Position numbers and translations under genes: made by a program. Shown here one piece after another: positions 41,213 to 54,751 of a DNA stretch of 64,000 nt. Position 1 is the stretch's first letter. Every line of letters begins with the position of its first letter. Source of the DNA: Octopus sinensis. Its lineage: Eukaryota. Below the pieces are notes generated by a model, which saw nothing but the letters and a program-made list of their open reading frames with translations, was not told the origin of the DNA and did not search any database. The DNA is taken from contig NC_043014.1 of assembly GCF_006345805.1 (NCBI RefSeq), positions 18,166,001 to 18,230,000 on the forward strand, read 5' to 3'.

Positions 41213-41571
41213 TAGGCCTTCTCATGTAAACTCAAGCTTTCTCATGCCTTGAACATAAGACCAAAGCAGAGAATGTATTCTTTTATTCTTCTGCTTTTTC
41301 CAGCCATTGGTCTGTGGCCATGCTGGGGCAATGCCTTGAAGAATTGTAGTTTAATGAATCAACTCCAGTTTTATTTTTGTAAGCATTGTACTTATTCTAT
41401 CTGTTTCCTTTGTCAAACCACTAGGTGACAGGGATGTAAACAAACCAACATTCGTTGTCAAGCAGTGGTGGAGGACAATCACAAGCACAGACACGCACAC
41501 GCACATACATGCATACACATATACACACATACATACATACATACATATATATATATGTGCGTATATATATA

Positions 41572-41895
41572 TTGCAGCGTGGAAGGTGTTTGTAAGCCAT
41601 TTAAGAAACACACAAAAACCGTTACATTCACTTCAACATATAAATTTAATTTGCCAAAATATTTTCGTCGCTTTGAGACCGCGACCTGTTCACTGACAAA
41701 AATATCGTGCTAACAGGTCGCGGTCTCAAAGCGACGAAAATATTTTGACAAATTAAATTTAAATGTTGAAGTGAATCTAACGGTTTTTGTGTGTTTCTTA
41801 AATGGCTTATAAACACCTTCAACGCTGCAACTGTTTTCGTTCCAGCACACGATCTCAGATCAAGTGACTTGCTATGCAAGTACATCTCTGTAACT
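41572..41895. mobile_element. Foldback element (119-bp inverted arms), probably derived from a Penelope-like pLTR
   Basis: Arms 41572-41690 and 41712-41830 with 5 mismatches and a 21-nt spacer. The tail has a cacacga motif like the PLE end at 60538. Flanked by (TA)n. Confidence 0.8.
41650..41700 (-). ncRNA. Hammerhead-fold motif with G3:C8 swapped core
   Basis: TTTGTCA GTGAACA G GTCGC ggtctcaaa GCGAC GAA AA TA TT T TGGCAAA. Confidence 0.65.
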
Positions 41896-41902
41896 ATATA
41901 TA

Positions 41903-41975
<73 letters not shown>

Positions 41976-42038
41976 TGGTAAAAACAGTAAGATAACAAAA
42001 GAAAGAAAGAGACCTCAATATTATGTAAATAGAGGAAA

Positions 42039-42433
42039 TCTTTATATATAAAAGTGAGGTTGTGTGTCTGTCTCCTATGATTTAGATTCCTAACTACTCC
42101 CACATTTTGCGGTGCAGTTTGACCAAAACCGGGTATCTTATAGTCGTGATTCATATCGAGACCGTCTGGGTATTAGCGCGCGTCTACGATGAGTCTACGA
42201 TTTAAAAAAAAATTTACCATCAATTTTTCCCATTTTTAATCCATTTTTGACATATATAAGGGAAGTAACTCTCTAAAATTTATTATTAAATCTCAGAACG
42301 TAAAAAGCTACAGTAACACACCTCCCCCTTTGTGGTTAGCCATATTGAGATGGCTATTATACTTTACATCTCTAAAAATGCTTATATAATTATTTCCCTT
42401 ACAAATCCGAGCAACGCCGGGCGATACTGCTAG
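42039..42433 (+). mobile_element. Non-autonomous Helitron
   Basis: A|TCtttatatataaaag start; ccgagcaacgccgg hairpin followed by CTAG|T at the end. Confidence 0.88.
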
Positions 42434-42711
42434 TGCGTAATATAAACTTGTCTTAATTTTCCTATGCACACACACGCACGCACTATCGCGCGCTTGCGCG
42501 CACACACACACACATATACACATATTTTCTTATATGTGCGTATGTGTGCGTGAGTGGAGAGGGTTTTGACAAACATCTATGTTCTGTTGTATAGTTACAG
42601 TCGGAAACCCTATCAACAACTGTATAAGAATTCATCTAGATGGGACCACTTTATTCTCTCATGGCGGCCCTTTTTTCTTTCTTTTATTGATATTCAACAT
42701 TATCATCATAT

Positions 42712-42930
42712 TCTTCTATTCTTTTATTTGTTTCAGTCATTTGCGGCCATACTGGAGCGCCACCTTTAGTCGAAGAAATCGAGTCCAGGACTTATTCTTT
42801 GTAAGCGTAGTACTTATTCTAACGGTCTATTTTGAGGAACAGCTAAGTTACGGGGATGTAAACACCCCACTATCGGTTGTCAAGCGATGTTGGGTGGAGG
42901 ACAAACGCACACACACAAACATACACACAC

Positions 42931-42995
<65 letters not shown>

Positions 42996-43153
42996 CGACA
43001 GGCTTTCAGTTTCCATCTACCAAATTCACTCACAAGTCTTTGGTCGGCCCGAGGCTATGAGAAGACACTTGCCCAAATTGCCACGCAGTGGGACTGAACC
43101 CGGATCCACGTGGTTGGTAAGCAAACTATTTACTACACAGCCACTCCTGCGCC
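42712..43153 (-). mobile_element. SINE family A, full length
   Basis: Homologous to 24465-24871. Confidence 0.88.
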
Positions 43154-43201
43154 TATGATAATATTTTTTATTAACATTTGAAGATAATATGTATATATAT
43201 A

Positions 43202-43271
<70 letters not shown>

Positions 43272-43680
43272 CGTTTAACTTGTCGGAGTACAATAAAGAA
43301 GTAAACCACCCAAATTATCTCTCGTCGGTGAGAAAGTGTCTATGTAATGTATTCGCTTGACCTGCTAAAAACAGCAGCTAGACTGTCGCGAATATCCAAC
43401 AATTATGTTCGATTAGGTGGCCCCGGGTTTTTTGCATATAAGAATAAGTTAGGATGAATATGGTTGAAATAATTTGATCATAGGTGTCCTCCTAATGTTA
43501 GTCCACTGTTTGGCTGCGAGCTACACGACCAATACTTCCCGGTGAGTATTTTCTTTTCCCCTGTACCAGTTTCAATTAAAAATATGTTATTTTTATCGAA
43601 CCGTTTCGAAAGATTTCTGCAAATCCATAACGAATGATATTAATAAAATGCATCGATGGTTTTCAACATTGGGTAGCCAT

Positions 43681-44120
43681 GAAGCAGTGAGTTGGCAGAA
43701 CCATTAGCCCCCCCAGACAAAATGCTTAATGGCATTTCGTCTGATTTCAAATACTGCCGAGGTCGACTTTGCTTTTCATCTTTTCGGGGTCGATAATTTA
43801 ACTACCAATGAAACACTGGTGGTTGATGTTATCGTCTAGTCCCATTCCCGAAAATTTCCGGCCTCGTGCCTTTAGTAGAAATGATTATTATTGTTATTAT
43901 TAAAGCAGCGAGCTGATAGGAGCTGATAGGGCGCCGGGTAAAATTCTTAACGGCATTTCGTCTGTCTTCAAGTACTGTGTTCAAATTCCGCCGGGGTCGA
44001 CTTAGCCCTTCATATTTTGGGGTTTGATAAAATAAGTACCAGCTGAGTACTGGGAGTCGATGTGATCGATTTACCCTCTCCCCCGAAATTTCCCGCCTTC
44101 TGCTAAAATTTGAAATCTTT
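43681..44120 (+). mobile_element. Two head-to-tail SINE family C copies
   Basis: Heads at ~43682 and ~43902, separated by (ATT)n. Confidence 0.78.
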
Positions 44121-44760
44121 AATGGGTTGCCGGAAATTTTCGCTCATTTTTAACAATTTATTTATTTTAATCCTTTTCAATGTTATTTGAATTTTCATGA
44201 AAAATATTTTTATCGCAGTAGTTTACATTTTTCATTTGTAGTTCTTTTCTTACTCTACGATTTTTGTTTATCGTTTCCGAATGTGAATAAATTTTCATTC
44301 TTTTCAGACATATGACGATAGCGTATCAAGTAGAAAAGAAAGGAAAAATCCACCAAAATATCCACCAAAGACGAATGGAATTATCTGACAAACCATTAAA
44401 TATATAGAGTTTTACGAGTAACAGTTTTATTGTCCATACACACACACACACATACGTGTGTGTATATGAAAATAGGTTATAATTCAAAAAGCAATGTAAT
44501 ATATAAAATTCCACCTGCCTACGGTAGTAATTCTCGTATTGTCGCTTGAAGGATCATTCCTGTTACGGAATGAATTACCACCTCCCTACAGACCTTCGAA
44601 CACATGTACATACATGAATATATAAATACATACATGCATATATGTGTGTGTGTGTACATGTATATATATATGCATATATACACACGTGTGTGTACATGTA
44701 TATATGTATACACATATACACACATATATATATACGTATGTAAATACATATATGTGTATT

Positions 44761-44807
<47 letters not shown>

Positions 44808-47740
44808 TGGTATATATATATTTGTATATGTGGGTATATGTGCGTGTATGTAAATATATCAGAGAGAGGGAGATGGCAGAGAGTGAAAGAAAAATATATA
44901 TGTGGATGCATATATACACACATATTCAGAGATGCGTACATTCAGCCTATCTACCTACCTACCTACCTACATACATACATACATACATGTATTCTATCGG
45001 GCATGTATAAAACGTTTGTAATTCAAAACGTTTGAAAGCAAAGGAACAACTCTGTTATTTTCCCATTATCGTGGTTTCGCTTCACTCGCTATTACACCTC
45101 ACATGAAGCAGAAGAAGTCACTAAGAAGACGAGGTACATAAAATATATATTCACTGAATCCTTAACATTTTCACGTTATTTATATAGTTTTATTTATTTG
45201 CTCCCCAAAAGTCATATGACACGCCCCATCGTGTCACATTCCTACTTTAGATGGTAAAATTCTAATTCTCTCACTTCTAAAACATGAGCAAGATACAAAG
45301 GTACGAGTGAGCTTTTATGCGATCGCTCATTTTACTAGAAATACCAGTAAAATTTTCCCGAAACAGAACCCTTCATTCTTAAAAAGGGAAGGACACAGAG
45401 AACAGCGTTGTTCTAGATATGCAAACAAAAGTCACCACTGACCGGTCTTTCGCTCATTGTGCAGGTAAACCATATTTGAATATGTATGTACTAAAACGAC
45501 TGATATAGTTTCCGGAGATAGACCAGTATTTCGTCCTTATATTTTGTTTGCAAAATTCTTGATATGAAATCGTGTGTTGAACTAAATTTTGTTTCATCAC
45601 CGGAGGGTCATTGCATCAAGAGTAAACACACACGGTGGTTCTGTTTAACTTCTTTATTCATTTGTCACTTGGCTAACTCTTTTCTCAATTAACTAATCAA
45701 TTGTTTGATCAATCATTTGGAGCAGAGAGGGCATGCTATTGATTAGGTTGCGAATGAAGATGAAAGGATTTCTGCAAACATGACTGATTGAGTTATTAAC
45801 AGAACGGTTAATCAAACATCGATTAATTGGTTAAATAATAACTAATTGACAAATGATAATGAAGTGAAATTGAATTAGTGTGAGAGAGACCAAGAGAGAC
45901 GGAGAAAAACAGTATTTTATCATGGAATAGATTTGCCCCTATTGCTTCGTGCAGTGTTTTGTTTTAAAGTAGATCGCCTTATCTAACATTGTCTCATGAC
46001 ACGTGATTGTTTTCAGTCCTTAGTCACCAGATTATCTTATGTTACCGGAGACTGACTCTCATTCGTTTAACATAATTGAATTGAAATTAGGCGATTGTCT
46101 TTAGTATTTTCTCATTCCTTAGTAAATATTTATATTAGATTTACAGAACTTCAATGACGTCTCATCACATGCATTTCGAGGTAATAGACATATAATTAAC
46201 TCAGGTATAGTGATGCAAACGGAAAACAAAACTAGGACATAAAATATGAGTGTATGTGTATTTTTATTAATCTTTAGCAGAAGCAGCCGAATGACTCAAG
46301 GGCCGAGAGTTTGGTGCGTTGAGAGTGACTCAAGGGCGAGAGTTTGGTGCGTTGGCACGCTAGTCATAGTGGCTGTTCCAGCGCACCTCCCTTGACACCT
46401 TTTGTCTCCTGGGTCCATGAGGCAGAAAATTGTACGTCTAGTCCTAAAATACTTAGATCCTGTGAGATGCTGTCTTTGTTAATTTTTCTTAAATTCTAGG
46501 CTTTGTTTCTGAAATAATGTATTAAGTTACCTCTCTTGATTTATTAAGTATTGGCTAATGTGGGTTTTTTTCAGTAACACGTATCGAAGATAAACCCGTA
46601 CGCAAGCCACTTATGTTGAATTTTATGACTAGATTTATTTATATTTTTATTATTTGAGACGACGGGAAAACAACTGTTGTTGTATATCTAATGTCATCTT
46701 CCAGTTTACCTTACGTTTATTTATTGATTCATTTACGTTCCACGTCCACCTTTACGCGTTTAATAGTGTTTCCCATTTTACAGTAGGCGGACATATTTCA
46801 TTTACAGAATCCAAAAAGATGGTTAGATGATAAATAATACAAACGAAAATAAAACAGAAAATAATGAAAATAAAAAGAAAGGAAAAAAAAGAAATGTTGA
46901 TTGGTGTCACTGATAATGTTGAGAAAGTTTTGGTGGACACTGATCAACACCAAACAATGATTGCACTGCTCGATCACGCCAGGCGCCATATTATCTGCAA
47001 ATGTCTCCGTAATCGTATATCATAACTATAAGGTGTGTCTTTCTCAAAGATGTCGAACAGTTCTGATCTGGAAAAATCTGAAATGGAATACATTCTGTTT
47101 TATCAACTCAAACATTTCTGAGGTAAAGGAAGAATATACGATAGCATAGATGATGCGATAACAAAAATTGTTTGTTCATTTTTGTCTGTATCCTCTTTGC
47201 TATTCTGATGATCTCAGCTTTGACATGTTGACACAGACAAATGATAAGCTGCTGTCACTCAATCAAATGCAATCCATGTATGAGGATTAACCACTGAGGA
47301 CGCCTCTACATAGACACTCCAAGCGCTAGAAATAGCAGTTAAATGACAGAAGAACTACATATTATCACGTTGGAGAATGACACACCTTGAAAGGATATTT
47401 CGTTAAATTATAGCGCTGGATAAATTATCCGAAGATATGATGGAATGTCGGTGGCTGGAATGTTTGAATAAAGAGGCGCAGGAGGCGAAACAACGAAAAT
47501 AAGTAGGGAGAGAGATTTTTCGATAAAAAGTAAGTTATACACATAAAATGTAGGCTTCAAGAATTTTCCGTAGTACTTTTAAAAATATTACTTACAATGT
47601 GTGCATGTGTGTGTGTGTGCGTGTGTGCGCGTGTGATTGTGGGCGTATATTTGTGTGAGTGTATGTGTGCGTGGGCGCGAGTCTGCACGCATGTATGCGT
47701 CTGTGAGTACATGTTATATTACACACGCACACATTAGAAA

Positions 47741-48223
47741 TAGAAGCAGTATGAGAAGCAAAAAATAGTGTTTATACCCCCACTGTTATGTGGGTGTTGT
47801 CTAAGGGACAGCGGTTCTACAATTTTAACCCCAGGAAGAATCTCCTCCAGATGGTTTATTCAGTACACTTTCCACACGCGATATTTATTGCAAGCGGGAG
47901 ATAACTCTTGCCATCCTAGTTTGAAAACACCAGACCACGTGATTTCGATCTTACTGGATCTCTTCAGTGGTGGGCATTTGTTTGCCAAGCATGGCAGCAG
48001 TTTAACCTCGCTTGCAGTATATAAAAAATACAGTGTTTTAATTACCGATTTTGTATCTTCCTCTAGTCCGTTAGAAAATCTCTGTTTGAGATAGAAGCAG
48101 TACACGAGTCAAAAGGTAGTGTTTATCCCCACTTTAATGTGGGTGTTCTCTAAGAGACGTCGTCGCTGCAGTTTTAACCCGAGGAAGACATCTTCAGCTC
48201 TCGAACAGAAATTTTCTAACGGA
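47741..48223 (-). mobile_element. Retrozyme-like element: 351-bp unit plus partial second unit
   Basis: tagaagcagta...tgtgggtgtt...ttttaaccc.aggaaga repeats at 47741 and 48092. The unit contains a canonical hammerhead and no credible ORF. Confidence 0.65.
47928..47972 (-). ncRNA. Type I hammerhead ribozyme, canonical core
   Basis: CACCA CTGAAGA GATC cagtaa GATC GAA ATCA cg TGGT C TGGTG: stem I 5 bp, stem II 4 bp, stem III 4 bp (one U.G), GUC triplet. Confidence 0.88.
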
Positions 48224-49989
48224 AATTCTTTATTGGAATATCTCGGAGCACAAACATAAAACTACAAATAAATAAATATTTAATGTAAATATTGGGTTAA
48301 GAATATCTTTTAGATAGAAAAACTCAAAGGTTGCCTGTGTGACTTGAACCCACATCTCCTGTAGACATGACTGGCGGTTTGCCATTGTACCCAAGCAATC
48401 CTTCGAATTTCTCTATCCATTTTAAGTGATGTGAGTTCGAGTTCAACTGTCAGCCCTTGACTTTTTCTATCCTAAAGAGATTTTCAGCCCAATATTGAGG
48501 AGTCAGTGGATAGGAAAATTAAAACCTGAAAAGTTAAAGGCTTTTCAAAAGAATCACATGTATATGTATATAAATGAGAAATGGGGATTTTTAGGAGGGA
48601 AACTACGATTGTTAGGTGTCTTCCTTATTCAGTTGCAATTTATCTGCCGCAGGCTACTGCTTGGCACATATCTCTTAACCATGGTTTCACAAATGTGGTA
48701 GTTCATTACTTTCTGGACAACTGCCAAGGCAGGCCGGTTGAAGCGGGTTGAGACATGCCGACGAGATTTAAGCAGTAGACAATTTTTGTAGTGCTAACCA
48801 TCCTGCGCTTGCGAAGACTGGATTTCCAGCAGATCGTACGAAGGAACTCCGACAGTAAGTTTCAAAGGACTGAAAGCAAAGAACAGCAACATCGCAGCGT
48901 GACGCTTTTCTCTGAGTACCGTGAGATACGTTGTTTCTCTTGGTTATTCCATTGCATATCTGGCATAGTTCAGGCATCTCAGTTTCCCTTGCCATTTGTA
49001 CAGGACATCAGAGACAAGAGGAACATTGTTATTCGTGCAGCCTTCAATTACAGTATTCTGATCCCAGTACAATACCCCAATCTTCAACCGGAAAAAAATA
49101 ATTTAGCTGTAATTTGAGTCATTAGAGTGTGCCTGTGTACTTTGATAAAGAACCATTTAAGTCATTAGAGTGTGCTCATTCTGGAGCACACCATCGAAGG
49201 GTTTTAGCTGGTCATATTAACCCAGTACTTACTTTAAAGCCTGACACATATCTGAGTGATCTCTGTTTATCACACTGTAAGTAATGGGATATAAGTACAG
49301 TATTTTCAAGCAGTGTCAACATAAAGACATAAACAAACAGAAATATAGGCACACAGTCACTCACATATACACTTGCACTTGCACGCATACACATATTTCT
49401 ACGGGTTTCAAGAATAAATTTGGTGTGACATTATAAACTACAAAGAAAATTTCTGAGACACATCAATCTGTTATAGCAACACAAAGCGATCGTATGTTGC
49501 GTTGGTCTGGGTATTACACGTATCTGTTCCAAAGGTTTGTCGCTAGTAAGGATACATGTAACATGTAGTACAGGTAATATAGATGGGAGGAGTGCATTTT
49601 GGACCTCATGCACGGCTGCTCCATTAAATGATGGCGAACATGAAACCCTATGTGTGTATGTGTGTGTGTGTGTTGTTTAAAACCATTCCAACTACCACTC
49701 GAAAACGAGTATGACTTAATCAATTGAAGGTGTTTTCTGCGGGAAGATATGCGCGCTCAGTGGAACATCAAAGATATGACAGCATGCGGCCGGCATTCAT
49801 CCCAACCGAGTAGTCGTCGTTGGTCGATAGTATAGCAGAGACAGTGACTTACCCACCTCAACTGCGCCTAGACGCAATTACACTCCGCTCATGAATACAC
49901 CACAAAAGACGGACAAATAGATTCTTTCGCAGCATCCATGGAGCCGCAGGGGTGCTAAATATTTGTTAAATATGATCATACATATCTAC

Positions 49990-50350
49990 ATTAAGCTCCC
50001 TCGTTCCGGATTTCCTGTGGAGGGCTTGCTCCCTTAGCCATTTTATTTAAACGCTCGATAAATTACCCCATAAGACAGCAAAAGTTTATTATTGTAAGTA
50101 TGGTTTGTGCTGAGCCAGCCCCGCTCTCCTGCAACAAGTAACCACGAGCCCAGTAGTCACCAGGATGTAGATTTTATTTAAAGTTCTCTTTTCTTAGGTC
50201 AGCAGCTAAAGAACTGAAAGGCTTCATATGCCCTGGGTCCGTTTGAGTACCTGCGAGTGAGGTTCCTCCGGAAGAAATTTCGTGACGCGCAAATTTAACC
50301 TATTGGTACTACTACTCAGAGTAGACATGAGGAGAGCGGAGTTCAAGAGG
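49990..50350 (-). mobile_element. Possible RTE-type LINE 5' UTR remnant
   Basis: Weak resemblance (tagctgctgacctaagaaaagagaac on the minus strand) to the RTE 5' UTR motif; no ORF. Confidence 0.25.
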
Positions 50351-51351
50351 TAGTTCCATACTTCTCACAACTCTGGAACTTCCGAACCAGATATCCTCTA
50401 CCGGTTTCAGTCTAAAATTATACCCAGGATTTTACTCAACCATAAAACGCACTGGCGACCCAGGAACTGTGCCCACAATCTTATGATCGTTAGTCCAATT
50501 CCCAAACCATAAGGCAGCACAACTTCAAACATATATACACACATACACGCACACAAAGACACTCACAAACATACATACGCATATATATAAATGCGCGCAC
50601 ACAAACACATACAAATAGCTACATATATGCTTATATACATATGTGTACATATGTACGTGTGTATTTGTGTGAATATGTGCGCGCCTGTGTATGTGTATAT
50701 ATGTGTGAAAGCATTTGTATGCATTTTTGCTGAACAACAGAAATAAAACGTAATACTAATGAATAATCCAATGTGAAATTATTGTAATTTCTTTTCTCTA
50801 TTCCCAAATCTTAAAAAGTAGGGCAGCGGGCGAAAGGAAAGGAAATTAGATCAAGGCTACATTTCATATCAGAAGATGAAAGGTAAAAATATATATATAA
50901 AAAACTCCAACAAATTCATAATAATCGTAAATTAAATCAAATCATTATTAAATAATCTTGACTATATCCTTGAACCCCGACCTAACGACCACTTACGCAT
51001 TACCGCAAATTTCTAAACAGAAGCTACTATCACTATTGACTGCGTTTCTACTACATCTACCGCCGACATCACTCTACGAATAATAATAGCAATATCAGCA
51101 AACAGCGAGGCCATTACATCGCCAGCAATATTAACATAATGACGAGTTTAGGTATGTAGTGATGGCAGCATCCGAAGTAGTAAGAGTAGCAACAAGACTA
51201 TTCTCAAGACAAATTTATGTGAAATACGTGATATCCCGCTTCGTTTCTGGCCATTTCAAAATCATTTCAAATCACATATGCGTACATCATTATATATATA
51301 CAGGCCTGCACAAACACACACTCACACGTATACATATATACATACATATAT

Positions 51352-51402
<51 letters not shown>

Positions 51403-52818
51403 TTTCTTGCCAGCAGAGTTGGGGGTCTGAAGATACGCCGTAAGGCTACACCCCTTATGAGCGAGAAAACCCGGGTAAGTCCATAAACCAACCTATATAT
51501 ATATATATATACATGCTTGAGTGAGAAAGGCAAACAGAGCAAGAGCAGACTAGAGAATATGAGGAAAGAGAAGAAAAGAAATATTAGAAAGAGATTGAGC
51601 CCAAAGAGAAATGGGAAAGTGGAAGAGAAAATATTTTACTTGGAAAAGACAACCAATGCTACATTTGAAAATTGTTATTAGCTAATTTCCGCTGTCTGCC
51701 ATATTATTTTGACCATTTTCTATAATCATCTAATCAATTCTTTTACTAATATATAAAATATCATAATTATCTTCCTGTATTTTCCTTCTTTTTCGGGGAA
51801 CATTTTCGTTATTTTTTTCTATCTTATATCTTTATATCTTTACAGTTTTGAAATACATTTTGCTTTCCTTTTCGCCATTTTTATAGGAAAACATTTCATA
51901 TATTTTTCTTTCTTTACGAAGTTATTTCTAAATTTTTGTTCGCAATATTTTTAGCATAAATCCATATTTGCTAATTATTAATTAAACACCACTACTATTA
52001 ATTACTTCTTTCCTAATTTTTTATATTTATATATATTTTTCGTTTCTCGATATGAAAAGAGAAAACAAGATATCTTCAGGAAGGAAATATTATTATTTTT
52101 CAAATGGTTAATGAATCATATTCATTCCATTTATAATCTCATTCGAATTGAAGCTGACCTTCTAATTATCGATATTTATCATATTTCGCTGAGTGATTTG
52201 ATTAGCGACCATTATCCGGCGATAGATATAATAATTGATGTCACTCTTAATAAGTTTCTCACTTGGCTAATATACTACGATTTTCACTGAATATATTGTA
52301 CTGCTTAATAATTTCTTATATTGGAACAAGTTCGTATATGTTCAAGTATTAGTTTGAATGAAATGGCTTCAATGTATGACTGGTACCATTTCTCATTGAT
52401 TCGAGACAATAATTTCAGTTTGATTCGAATCCAAAAGAAGATTTAAATATTATTTGCTTAATCTGATGTTTTATCGTAACAGACAGATAGAGAGAAAGTC
52501 AGACAGACAGATAAATAGATAGAAAAAGAAATAGCGAGAGAGATATGGAGATATGTAGAGAGAGAGAGAGAGAGGGAGAAAGAGAACGTGCGTGTGCATG
52601 CGCGCGTGCCAGGATAAGAAGTGCAGGCGTGATGTACGGTAAAGATGTTGATTTCCAGACAACACGATTTCGAGTTCAGTCACATTGTGTAGCACCTTGT
52701 GAAACGTCTTCTATTGTAAACTTAGCCCACCAAAGTCTTCCGGCTCAAGCCAACAGAGAAAACGTGTTGGCTTGGATTTGATAGATGAAACACACACATA
52801 CACACATACACACGCACA

Positions 52819-52882
<64 letters not shown>

Positions 52883-53082
52883 GTTCAATAAAACCTTGAA
52901 TTGCAGTTAAAAATATAAAATAAAGGAAAATGCGCAGAAATTGTATCTTGGACAATATATATATATATATATATATATAAAGTTAATCCAAACATGAAAA
53001 CACAAAAAGGAAACACAACAACGCGAGGACGTGGAACAAATATAGTGTTATTGGACGCTCAGGAAGGAAGGGAAGAAGGAGG

Positions 53083-53117
53083 GTTTAACGTTTCAAGCAG
53101 AGCTCTTCGTCAGAAAC
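53083..53117 (-). ncRNA. Minimal hammerhead ribozyme in a ~150-bp insert (52979-53132) within (TA)n
   Basis: GTTT CTGACGA A GAGC tct GCTT GAAAC GTT A AAC; palindromic AACGTT stem III. Confidence 0.7.
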
Positions 53118-53143
53118 ATAGGAAAAGGAAAGATATATATATA

Positions 53144-54751
53144 CAGTTGCGGCCAAAATGTTCAGAACGGCATTGTTTTCAGCAGAAAAGTAGGTATAAG
53201 TTTTTATCAAAGTTGTTTTATATTCTATAATTTTCACAGACAATAAATACGAAATTATTTGTTATTGCTGAGATTTTGGTGTAATTTGAGAGGATAGTGC
53301 AAAAGTTATGTATGATTTAGTGATTTACTGCAAAACCAATGGCGGCCAAAATGATCAGAACGGTTGCTTTTACTCCGTGTTTTAGTTTATTTAACCGGCG
53401 AACTCTAATGTTTTGAATTTGTTTACGTGAAGGTTCGTTTACTAAACATTAATAAGAATATCTGCAGTGTATTTTGTTAATATAATGCTACTTACTCCGT
53501 TAGCAATTCGTCAGCAGATTATTAAGCTTCGAAGGAAAGATAATTTAAGTATTGGGTCTATTGCAAAGTTTGTTAACAAGTCAAAAAGTGTTGTTCACGG
53601 TATTCTTAAGGTCTACGATGATTGTGGTTCGTGTGAAACAAGAAAGTTTACAGGTAGGCCAAGAAAAACGACCAAGAGAAAAGATCGTGCTATGGTAAAG
53701 TTGGTTAAAAAGGACAGATTTAAAACTGCTGCTGCTGTTTCTCGGGAAATGAGCATTGTGCTGAAAAACTGTCTCGTCGTTTAGTTGAACATGACCTACA
53801 AGCAAGAGCACCTGCAGTGAAGCCACTGATTAGCTCCAAGAATAAAAAGTGTCGTCTTACCTTTGCAACCGAACATGTGTTGTGGTCTCAAGAAAAATGG
53901 CAAACGGTGCATTTCACTGATGAATCTAAGTTTATGTTATTTGGCTCAGATGGCAAAAGGTACGTTCGTCGAAAAGTAGGTGAAAAATTGTCGCCTAAAT
54001 GCCTTACGACTAGTGTTAAATTCGGTGAAGGAAGTGTCATGGTTTGGGGGATGATATCTGGAGATGGTGTGGGCTCTTTGGTGCGATTACATGGAAAGGT
54101 AACTGCAGTAGTTTATAAACAACTTGTAAAAGATCATGTCTTGCCTGTGCTGAGAAATTCAACTAAGCGACCACCCATATTCATGCAGGACAATGCCCCA
54201 TGTCACAAGGCTAAGGTGGTCATGAACTTCCTCAAGGCTGAAAAGGTTATTGTTATGGATAGGCTTGCTCAAAGCCCAGATCTCAATCCTATTGAAAATG
54301 TGTGGAATATTCTAGGAGACGGTTCGAAAGTCAGAAATCCTAAAAGAACCGAGTAATTATGGAATGCCCTTCAGGAAGAATGAAATAAGATCACCCAGCA
54401 ACAAATTGAAAATTTAATTTCCTCATGCAGTCGAAGATGTCAAAGTGTGATTGAAGCTAAAGGGCTTCACACTAAATATTAAATAATTCCAGTATTCTCT
54501 GTCATTTTTGATTATTTTGTTATATTTCAACCGTTCTGATCATTTTGGCCGCCATGGGTTTTGCAGTAAATCACTAAATCATACGTAACTTTTGTATTAT
54601 CCTCTCAAATTACACCAAGATCTCAGACAATAACAAATAATATTGTATGTATTGTCTGTGAAAATTATAGAATATAAAACAACTTTGATAAAAAAATTAT
54701 ACCTACTTTTCTGACGAAAACAATGCCGTTCTGAACATTTTGGCCGCAACA

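Noticed and set aside
44545-44560. gaaggatcatt resembling the 18S rRNA 3' end
   Set aside because: An 11-nt match only; flanks are unrelated to rDNA.
48600-49117. ORFs possibly from a hAT TTF-type zinc finger
   Set aside because: Resemblance too weak to support a call.
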